The notes beneath the pieces are model-generated. The model was not told where the DNA came from. It saw only the letters and a program-made list of their open reading frames with translations, and ran no database searches. Source: a virus (lineage: Duplodnaviria; Caudoviricetes). From it: 53,116 bases of DNA. This document shows, piece after piece, positions 38,318 through 46,316 of the stretch (within the stretch, counting starts at the first letter, position 1; every line of letters starts with the position of its first letter). The stretch covers positions 1 to 53,116 of the IMG/VR virus record IMGVR_UViG_3300048672_000900. One strand, given 5' to 3'. Made by a program: the position numbers and the translations under genes.

Positions 38318-40534
38318 TTGACACAGCCTCTGTATAAGACTTACACCAAAGCAGACTTCCACAATCTGCGTGACCGATATAGCCGAGAAGTTGGCGCAAG
38401 CGTCAATGAACTCTCGCCCGTGATGCTGGGCATCAACGCCCTTAATCCCTGGGTAGCGCATGACTCCAGTGCACGCGCTCAGATGACGGGCTCCCATCTG
38501 GCACAGGCCCCCGTGCTGGTCAATCCGTCTATCCGCTGGATTCAGACGGGTGTGGAGTACGAGCATGCCGATTATGCCTACCACGTGGTAGCGCCTTGTG
38601 ACCTGACTGTGCTCTACGTAGTGCCTTTCTATAAGCGTACACTGGATACCAGCAGCATCAATGAAAACCCTGTGACTTATCTCATCTATCAGTCTCACGA
38701 AACTCGTGAGATCGGTGTGATCGAGCTGCCCATCTTCCACAACAACGGGGGTAAATTTGGTTTCAAGTTTGAGCACGGTCCTGCTTACTTGAAGGCTGTC
38801 AGTAAAGGCCAACTGGCTAAGGGTGAGATCATCCTTCGAGCACCCTGCGTCAGCGAAGACGGCGACTTGATGACAGGTGTGCAGCTGAACGTGGCGTTCA
38901 TGTCGCACTACATGACGGCTGAAGACTCAATCGTTGTGTCTGAGACAGCCGCCAAGAAACACCTGCTGACCCGCACTCTTCAAAGTGTGACAGTCAGTTG
39001 TGACTCTAATCGTATTCCCAGAAACCTGTATGGTCAAAACGGAGAGTACAAAGCTTTTCCTGATATTGGGGACTTTGTACGCGATGACGGCTTGCTCATG
39101 TCAGTCATTGATCCTGACAATAACGCAGGCACTGAAGCAGATCTGATGCTGCCTGCTGAGCGGCATCTCGATGCTCTGAAAAACCCCGACCTGATTTTTG
39201 ATGATCGTTACTACGTGCCGCCTGGTGGACGAGTCGTGGACGTGCGGGTATATCACCAAGCGCGTTACAAAGACTTAACCACTGTGGATACACAAGCACT
39301 CAAGTACTTTGAAGCGTCTAAGCGGTTTTATAACACCATGCTGGACATTCAAAGTGATCTGAAGAGAAAATATGGCGGAGCGCCTATTCTGACGCCTGAA
39401 CTTAGTAACTTGCTCACCAACTGCTTGAAGATCTCTTCCAATGACCCCGCGGTCAAACGCGCTATGCTTGTGTATAAGCAAGAAGTACTGGGGCAGTGGC
39501 GTATCGACTTCACAATTGAATACACTCGTGAAGTCACCGTAGGCTCTAAACTCACTGACCTCCATGCCGGTAAGGGCGTGTGTTGTAAAGTCTGGCCTGA
39601 TGAGTGGATGCCTGTAGATTCAGCAGGTAACCGAGCTGACCTCATCATGGACCCCAACGGGCACATCAACCGCATGAATCCAGGCCGCTCGTTTGAGCAA
39701 TACGAATGCGCCGCCATCACTCATGCGACCAAGCAACTCAAGAGCATGCTGGGTTTGACTGGCACCTATAGTGAAGGTGCTGCACGAGTCAAGCTGGGAA
39801 TGGTCGCTCCCGAAGTGATTGAAGCTGCTTTCAAGTACGCCACTGAACTCCAGGGTAAGTTCTATCCTGCTTTGTACGAGAGCATTAAAGCAGGGCACAT
39901 TGGATCAGACCGAATCAATTACCTGGCCCCTATGGTGGCTAACAGTATTCCAATCTACTGCCCCACGGATAACCCTAAAAACCACATCGACATTGTTCTT
40001 GATATTGAGAACAGCATCTACAGGCCACCTTATGGTCCTGTGACTTACCGCGGTTACTACGGTAACCAAGTCGTGACTAAGAACCCTATTCGCATTGGTT
40101 CATGCTACATTGTCTTGCTCAGCAAGCTGGGTGATGACTGGAACGCAACCCACAGCGGCACGCGTCAGGCTCACGGCGTGCCTGCGGCCGTGACGACGTT
40201 CAGCAAGTACGGCACGCCTTGGCGTTTCCAGCCCACTCGTGTACTGGGTGAGTCTGAAACACGTAACGTCACAGCGTACTGCGGCGGACGCGTCATGGCT
40301 GAGATCATTCACAACAGCTGCTCTCCTCAAGAAGCTGAGGAAGTGGCTAAACACATCATGCGCGCAGATGAGCCTACCAACATCACTCGTATCGTTGACC
40401 GAAACAAAATCCCGTTTGGTACCAGCAGGCCCATGGTCATGGTCAAACACATGTTGGCGTGTGCGGGCTTTAGCTTTGGCTATAAACGAATGGACCCGCC
40501 GATCCAGCGGCGCCACGAGTTTGCCCAGAACTAA
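38318..40534 (+). CDS. Non-virion RNA polymerase beta C-terminal subunit (phiKZ gp71/73-like)
   Basis: DSSARAQM, EDSIVVSE, GSKLTDLHAGKGVC, NRMNPG, R.LGESE motifs of RpoB. Confidence 0.92.
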   Translation: MTQPLYKTYTKADFHNLRDRYSREVGASVNELSPVMLGINALNPWVAHDSSARAQMTGSHLAQAPVLVNPSIRWIQTGVEYEHADYAYHVVAPCDLTVLYVVPFYKRTLDTSSINENPVTYLIYQSHETREIGVIELPIFHNNGGKFGFKFEHGPAYLKAVSKGQLAKGEIILRAPCVSEDGDLMTGVQLNVAFMSHYMTAEDSIVVSETAAKKHLLTRTLQSVTVSCDSNRIPRNLYGQNGEYKAFPDIGDFVRDDGLLMSVIDPDNNAGTEADLMLPAERHLDALKNPDLIFDDRYYVPPGGRVVDVRVYHQARYKDLTTVDTQALKYFEASKRFYNTMLDIQSDLKRKYGGAPILTPELSNLLTNCLKISSNDPAVKRAMLVYKQEVLGQWRIDFTIEYTREVTVGSKLTDLHAGKGVCCKVWPDEWMPVDSAGNRADLIMDPNGHINRMNPGRSFEQYECAAITHATKQLKSMLGLTGTYSEGAARVKLGMVAPEVIEAAFKYATELQGKFYPALYESIKAGHIGSDRINYLAPMVANSIPIYCPTDNPKNHIDIVLDIENSIYRPPYGPVTYRGYYGNQVVTKNPIRIGSCYIVLLSKLGDDWNATHSGTRQAHGVPAAVTTFSKYGTPWRFQPTRVLGESETRNVTAYCGGRVMAEIIHNSCSPQEAEEVAKHIMRADEPTNITRIVDRNKIPFGTSRPMVMVKHMLACAGFSFGYKRMDPPIQRRHEFAQN

Positions 40535-40672
40535 AGTCTAATCTGTCACTCAAAGAGTAGAGTCTCGTTGCAACCAAAGGAAGTGCTATATCACACCTTT
40601 GGAGCCCAATGAAGCTCTACTCTGACCTCCACCATCCCCCTTTTCTTTGTATTAGCTTTTACAAATAGCGAC

Positions 40673-42799
40673 ATGCATCAAGTTCACGTTCGCCGTTTAC
40701 TGTCTGTCCCCGCAAAAACCTTTGCACAAGAGTTGAAAGGACAACTCTTGGTGACCTTTGACGATGGTCAGTCGTACCCCATGACTGGAAAAGAAATAGC
40801 AGTTTCTAGGTTTGCTTGGGAGCTGTGGGTTCACTACCCTGACTGCCCTTTGACCAGTGCCCTAAGAGCAAATAACTTCCTCTCGCATGGTTTCCTCTCC
40901 AACGATACGCATGGTGGGCTAATGCGCTGGGCGTACCGAGATATCGTGAACCACCACGTCAAACTAGGTGATGACTACAGTGTGTTCATGGATGGGATTT
41001 GGAAGCGCATCATGCGCCTCATCAACGACTACTACAACTTCATCATTATCGAGTCTGAAGCTTACGTTCAAGGTTACGATATCTTGGACATGATTCAGAT
41101 TGCAAGGCATCCTGATGTGGTGCAGACGATTCGCTCAGCACCTTTGTCCCAAGACGGCGTAGACTCTGTTTACAAAGCCATTAAGACGGTGTGCTTTACG
41201 CCAGAGATTACCAAGAGTAACCCAATTGCTGCGGCCTATGTAGCAGGCTTCATCAAACGCCAGCAAGCTGACCAAGTGCTGGGCGTACGCGGTTATCTGA
41301 CCGACGTCAATTCGGTCATCTTTCCTAAGCCTATCATGACGGGGTTCTTGGAAGGCTTAAGGGTACTGGCTGACATGATGATGGAGTCGCGCTCGGGCGC
41401 TAAAGCCTTGGCTAACTCCGAAGCTCCTCTACAACAATCCGAGTATTTTGCACGACGTTTGCACCACATTGGCGCAAAGGTGCAACGCCTGCACTGTGGG
41501 GACTGCGGCTCTAAGCGCACGTTCCCGTGGCTGGTACGCGACGGCTATACCCGCTCTACCGGAGAAAAGATTGATTCTGACCTGGTGGGTCTGGAAGGCA
41601 AGTACTACGTCGAGCACGGGCAGCTTAAAATTCTCACCACCAATGACAAGCATCTGCTGGGTACGACCATTCAGATGCGAAGCCCCAACTATCCGGGTGG
41701 TTGTCTCATTCCAGAAAAAGACCCTAATGGGATTTGTGAGGTGTGCTTTGGCGCGATTGCTATGAGTGTGCCTGCTGAGTCTAACCTGGGCATGTATTCG
41801 ACCAGCGTAACAGCTGAGAAAGAAGGGCAAGGTATTCTCTCCACTAAGCACCACGAAGGCTCTAGCGTCGTGGAAGGTATTGTTTTGACTGGGTTGGCTG
41901 CTAAGCTGCTCTGGGCCGAAGAAAACGGACGAGACTACTACATCAACAAAAGTGTCTTGGCTAAATCCAAGAGCGTGTATTTCACGTTGACACCTTCCGA
42001 GATCAGTGGTATCACTGACATTGCCAATGCGCCTGACGCAGCGCAGCTGGATATTCAGCGTGTGAGTGAGTTCAGTGACGTCGTCATTCATGTGGTGGAT
42101 GAAGACGGTGTGGATTCAACTTACGAGCTGGCTTTGACGTTGAATAACCGTCAGCCCAGTTTGTCATCTGCGATGCTGTGTCATATCCGAGAACATGGCT
42201 ACAGCGTCAACCAAGCCAACGGACACTTTGTCTTTAACCTGACGGGCTGGGATGCAACTAAGCCGATGTTCACGCTGCCGCTGAGACACTTCAACATGTC
42301 TGACCACCAGCGTATGGTGGAAGAAGCTCTAACAGGTGACAGCGTTGCCAGCCACACCAATATTGACGCCAAAGAAATTGAATCGGGCACACCTAAACGT
42401 CGTAGTCGTAAGGGTGTCAAGACTGAGCTTCCGATTGAAGCACAACTGGTCGCTTTGTTTGACCTGATTTTCACCAAACTGAAAACCAAGCTCTCTACAG
42501 TGGAAGTCATCTTCCTGAGCATGCTGGCCTCTAACGAAGAGGACGAGCCTTACAAGCTGTATAGCGGCGTCTTGCCTGCAGACAGTGAACAAACCGCTTC
42601 CAAGCTCACACTTCGTCAACACTACCGTACAGGCAGCGTAGGTGTGAGCATGGCTTACCAAGAGCAAGAAAGTATTATCTTCTCTCCAGCCAGCTACCTG
42701 TATGATCACCGCGGTATTTATGCAGCTGACCATCCGCTGGACTGGTGCCTCACACCTCAGGAAGCTTACCTGGCTGATGTGGAACAAGGCATTGCTTAA
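40673..42799 (+). CDS. Non-virion RNA polymerase beta' C-terminal subunit (phiKZ gp74-like)
   Basis: Bridge helix SEYFARRL, DCGS, GICEVCFG, trigger loop QGILSTKH. Confidence 0.9.
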   Translation: MHQVHVRRLLSVPAKTFAQELKGQLLVTFDDGQSYPMTGKEIAVSRFAWELWVHYPDCPLTSALRANNFLSHGFLSNDTHGGLMRWAYRDIVNHHVKLGDDYSVFMDGIWKRIMRLINDYYNFIIIESEAYVQGYDILDMIQIARHPDVVQTIRSAPLSQDGVDSVYKAIKTVCFTPEITKSNPIAAAYVAGFIKRQQADQVLGVRGYLTDVNSVIFPKPIMTGFLEGLRVLADMMMESRSGAKALANSEAPLQQSEYFARRLHHIGAKVQRLHCGDCGSKRTFPWLVRDGYTRSTGEKIDSDLVGLEGKYYVEHGQLKILTTNDKHLLGTTIQMRSPNYPGGCLIPEKDPNGICEVCFGAIAMSVPAESNLGMYSTSVTAEKEGQGILSTKHHEGSSVVEGIVLTGLAAKLLWAEENGRDYYINKSVLAKSKSVYFTLTPSEISGITDIANAPDAAQLDIQRVSEFSDVVIHVVDEDGVDSTYELALTLNNRQPSLSSAMLCHIREHGYSVNQANGHFVFNLTGWDATKPMFTLPLRHFNMSDHQRMVEEALTGDSVASHTNIDAKEIESGTPKRRSRKGVKTELPIEAQLVALFDLIFTKLKTKLSTVEVIFLSMLASNEEDEPYKLYSGVLPADSEQTASKLTLRQHYRTGSVGVSMAYQEQESIIFSPASYLYDHRGIYAADHPLDWCLTPQEAYLADVEQGIA

Positions 42800-42814
42800 A
42801 TAAGTGTTGTAGGT

Positions 42815-42848
42815 GGGAGTAGAGCTATGTCTCTACTCCCTCTTTTAT
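42815..42848 (+). terminator. Hairpin terminator
   Basis: gggagtagag-ctatgt-ctctactccc followed by TCTTTT. Confidence 0.65.
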
Positions 42849-42998
42849 TTTCCTATAGGAGCCAGAACATATTTTGAGAAAGAGCGGCATAAAGGCCCGC
42901 TACTCAGCTACGCTTGTGAGCACATGCTCACTTTAGCGTGGCTGTATAAGTCTTATGCCGATCAACGTCTCTTTTTCAACATAGAAGGAAATCAAACT

Positions 42999-44705
42999 GT
43001 GACTGATGTACTTGGGCAAGACCCGCCTATATTTACCATCATTAAACGCACACATCACTTTGAAGTCATTTTTGGCACGCCCAGCGCTAGGGAAATAGCC
43101 AATAAATTCAGCATGGGTTTAGTCAGCTATAAGCTGGTTCCTGCCTACGGTACCACGACTCGTGTGATGGATAAGATCTACGCCGCCAGTAATAAGACGC
43201 GGTCTTACGTGAGGTACCACATCAACAGCTATGTGGACTTTATGAAACACGTGGCCAACCACGGAATTAGTCCGAGTCAAATTAAACTGGAAGTGGTTCC
43301 CGTTAAAGAAACTCCTACAGTCAAGTGGGAGATGTTTGAACACTTAAGCGCACGAGACTACCAAGAATCGTTTATCGAATATGGTGTTAGAAAAACACCA
43401 GTTTCTAAACTGATCCAGTTACAAACAGGTAAAGGCAAGTCGTTTATTGCTTGCAGTGTTGCACAGCGTTTGCAAGCACGTATCTGTTTGATGATCAAAG
43501 CCAACTACATTGATAAATGGAAGATTGACTTCAAGAAAACATTTAAACTAGAAGATGACGAGATATTTGTCATACAAGGTTCTTCCAGTTTAAAGAAAGG
43601 TATTGACTTGGTCAAGAAAGGTAAATTCACAGCCAAAGTCATTATTGTTTCTATTCCAACTTATCAAGCGTGGATCAACCTCTTTGAAGAGCTAGGACAA
43701 AAAGACTTTGAAGAGCTAGGATATTCTATTGTTCCTGATGAGTTCTTTGAGTATTTTAACGTCAAGTTAAAGATCATTGATGAAGTGCATCAGCACTTTC
43801 ATTTCTGTTTTAAGACTGACTTGTATACCCATGTCGAACACTCCATCTGTTTAACAGCGACGCTCACCCATAAGGAAGCGTTCATGAGGAAGATGTACAA
43901 CCTCATGTTTCCTATACAGGATCGTTGTGCAGAGTTGGAGTATGACCGGTATTGCAACATCTTTGCGGTGCATGCTGAGTTCAGAGACATCACTAAAGTC
44001 AAGACCAACATGTATGGTAACCCCATGTTCTCTTATGTGGCTGTAGAAAATAGCATCCGTAAGAATAAGTTCATGACCGCAGGTTACTTAGACATGCTGA
44101 CTTATACGGTACGCATTGGCTTTGATCAATGCAAAAGAGAAAAGAAAAAGCTCCTGATCTTTGTGAGTACGATTGAGATGATTGGTTTATTCATCAACCA
44201 CTTACAAAAGACACATCGTCATTTAGACATTAAACCCTACCACATGGGGCAACCTTTTGAGAACGTGCTCAATTCTGATATCTGTGTCAGTACACTAGGT
44301 AGTGCTGGTACAGCCATTGACATACCCGACTTGACGCATTGCATCTTGACTCAGAGCGTAGACTCTGAGCAAGCTAATTTACAGTCCATTGGTCGACTGA
44401 GAAAACTACCGGATGGGTATACACCTGAGTTTTACTATTGGGTGTTTGATAATATCCCCATCAGTGTCAGATACCATGACAACAAAACAAGGCTACTGAA
44501 GAACCGAGCACTCAATCAGATCTACGTACGGTATGATGCATATATTGGAGACCATACACCGACCCAGGTCTTTGAAAAGAGTAAGCCTTTAGGAGCGGCT
44601 TTTACGCCCGCTCAGGCGGCTCGCCCTGCTCCGGTAAGGCCGATGTACGGCGTACACTTTAGACCAGCTCCTGGAGCACATAGAAGCCCCACAACGTGGT
44701 CGTGA
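42999..44705 (+). CDS. SF2 (Rad25/UvsW-like) helicase (phiKZ gp75-like)
   Basis: Q motif RDYQ, Walker A QTGKGKS, DEVH box, LTAT, Q.IGRLR; AAGGA RBS before GTG 42999. Confidence 0.9.
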   Translation: MTDVLGQDPPIFTIIKRTHHFEVIFGTPSAREIANKFSMGLVSYKLVPAYGTTTRVMDKIYAASNKTRSYVRYHINSYVDFMKHVANHGISPSQIKLEVVPVKETPTVKWEMFEHLSARDYQESFIEYGVRKTPVSKLIQLQTGKGKSFIACSVAQRLQARICLMIKANYIDKWKIDFKKTFKLEDDEIFVIQGSSSLKKGIDLVKKGKFTAKVIIVSIPTYQAWINLFEELGQKDFEELGYSIVPDEFFEYFNVKLKIIDEVHQHFHFCFKTDLYTHVEHSICLTATLTHKEAFMRKMYNLMFPIQDRCAELEYDRYCNIFAVHAEFRDITKVKTNMYGNPMFSYVAVENSIRKNKFMTAGYLDMLTYTVRIGFDQCKREKKKLLIFVSTIEMIGLFINHLQKTHRHLDIKPYHMGQPFENVLNSDICVSTLGSAGTAIDIPDLTHCILTQSVDSEQANLQSIGRLRKLPDGYTPEFYYWVFDNIPISVRYHDNKTRLLKNRALNQIYVRYDAYIGDHTPTQVFEKSKPLGAAFTPAQAARPAPVRPMYGVHFRPAPGAHRSPTTWS

Positions 44706-44741
44706 TCATAGATTGATTTTCATCACGAGGAGAAAACAAAT

Positions 44742-44945
44742 ATGGTCCTTGACTTGATCTTGGTGTATGTCTTGTACTACATTGCAGCAGGCGCAGTGTG
44801 GTCGTCGTTTTCAAAACGATACCAAAGACGCATCATCAGACAACTGGGGTTGATCATCTTGGTCATCAGTATTGTACTGTACTGGTGGACTGATCGCCCT
44901 GCAGAAATTACACAAGCCAGTTTACTCAACTGGTTCTTTCAGTAA
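44742..44945 (+). CDS. Small membrane protein
   Basis: GAGGAG RBS; two hydrophobic segments flanking a basic loop (KRYQRR). Confidence 0.7.
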   Translation: MVLDLILVYVLYYIAAGAVWSSFSKRYQRRIIRQLGLIILVISIVLYWWTDRPAEITQASLLNWFFQ

Positions 44946-45020
44946 GCGTGTCATAGGGGGCATAAAAAACCCCTATGACTTTCTTTTTCTTTTATGCCGT
45001 ATTGTAGAATAATAGAAGTT

Positions 45021-45028
45021 TATATTAC
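45021..45028 (+). promoter_or_regulatory. phiKZ-type early promoter motif TATATTAC
   Basis: Exact motif ~55 nt upstream of ATG 45082, just after a terminator. Confidence 0.6.
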
Positions 45029-45081
45029 TATTTTGAAGCGACTTTGCTTCTTTGTTACCTACTCACACAGGAGAATTTGAA

Positions 45082-45504
45082 ATGACCAAGTATTTCATCT
45101 CGTACAACTGCGTGGCCACCAGCATTGAAAAGCTGCTGGAGCTGATGCGCCCTCACTTCAACACAACCGTTCAGCTGCAGTACGTGGAAGAAGACGGCGT
45201 TATCTTACAAACAACGCCTACCGCTGCGCCTCAGCGCATCATGGCCCGATACAACGTTCATACTGTTGAGACGGACATTCTTAACCCTTTGATTTTTATA
45301 CGGGTTGGTCGGCGTAACGCAGAAGCTTTTACTGACCTGGATGCTTTCTTGCGGAAGTACGAAGGCGCTGTGAAAAACATTCCTAATGTAAAGGAAGCTA
45401 TGCAAGCTACTTTGGAAGCCGATAATCGCTGCAACTTTTACGCGGAATACCCCTGCCCCATTGAGCGAATTCAGTACTCAGGACTTTACTGCGTCAACAA
45501 CTGA
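45082..45504 (+). CDS. Hypothetical protein (paralog A)
   Basis: AGGAG RBS, ATG 45082. Confidence 0.7.
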   Translation: MTKYFISYNCVATSIEKLLELMRPHFNTTVQLQYVEEDGVILQTTPTAAPQRIMARYNVHTVETDILNPLIFIRVGRRNAEAFTDLDAFLRKYEGAVKNIPNVKEAMQATLEADNRCNFYAEYPCPIERIQYSGLYCVNN

Positions 45505-45517
45505 AAGAGGCATCGCC

Positions 45518-45949
45518 ATAACCAAGTATTACTTTTGTGCAGACGTACTGGCACCTTCGTTGGACTACCTGCGCACTTACGTCGCTATGTTTGACCCTAA
45601 GTCAAACGTGGTTGTTGATGAGAAAGCTAAACAAATTGTTTCAGGTGGTCGTAGGCTAAGTTGCAAACTCGATTACGTTGAGCTGTCAACGGATTACAAA
45701 GACCCCATTTTGGCGGTCACTAGGAAGTATTCACACGCTGAGTATGAGTTTTTCCCTGACCTCCAAGCGTTCTTTCACAGTTACAACAAAGAAGGCCTTG
45801 ATCAGACAGAAACATATCTAGGGGCGTCTAACCGCTTAGCCAGCCACGGGCATGTAACTGTCTTTAAAACACACGAAGACATCCCGTTTCATAAAGACAA
45901 GGTAGAACTTTACAAGCTTTGGATCATGCCTGAGTTTGGCTTGATCTGA
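45518..45949 (+). CDS. Hypothetical protein (paralog B), apparent ATA start
   Basis: AGAGG RBS 7 nt before ATA-ACC-AAG-TAT, mirroring ATG-ACC-AAG-TAT of the upstream gene. Confidence 0.55.
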   Translation: MTKYYFCADVLAPSLDYLRTYVAMFDPKSNVVVDEKAKQIVSGGRRLSCKLDYVELSTDYKDPILAVTRKYSHAEYEFFPDLQAFFHSYNKEGLDQTETYLGASNRLASHGHVTVFKTHEDIPFHKDKVELYKLWIMPEFGLI

Positions 45950-46029
45950 TTGCATGAAAAAGTAAAGACATATAACTATAGTGAGGTGAAGAATGTCTCT
46001 TCACTATAGTTAATGAAAGGAATTGACAA

Positions 46030-46266
46030 ATGGCTCTGATCTATGTTTCCGAAGGTCTCGAAACTGAGACCGCAATTGCCGCCTCTTCGGCCGAGGGCCT
46101 GGCCAAATTGAAGGCAGCCACGCCCGACGAGGGCAGGTGGGTCGACGACAAGTTCGATCTGCCGGCCGGCCGCCGGCTGATCCAGTCATTTACCTGGCGG
46201 GAGTGGGACTCCGCAGGTGAGGAAAAACTCCCTGACCGGTACGTGGTCGTACCTGTCATCGGCTGA
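46030..46266 (+). CDS. Small hypothetical protein
   Basis: 78 aa, AAGGA RBS, GC-rich codons, own terminator. Confidence 0.7.
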   Translation: MALIYVSEGLETETAIAASSAEGLAKLKAATPDEGRWVDDKFDLPAGRRLIQSFTWREWDSAGEEKLPDRYVVVPVIG

Positions 46267-46271
46267 TCACA

Positions 46272-46316
46272 CTGGCTAGTTGCATTGTGATTGCAACTAG
46301 CCAGGCCTTTCTTTTT
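46272..46316. terminator. Terminator between convergent genes
   Basis: Perfect 13-bp stem ctggctagttgca/tgcaactagccag followed by a T tract. Confidence 0.75.

Noticed and set aside
26498-42799. Introns or inteins in RNAP genes (phiKZ gp55 and gp71/73 are interrupted)
   Set aside because: ORFs are continuous, of expected length, and lack intein C/S...HN or homing-endonuclease motifs
42813-42998. Upstream extension of the helicase ORF
   Set aside because: Runs through a terminator and a GGCATA/TATGCC hairpin; the RBS supports GTG 42999
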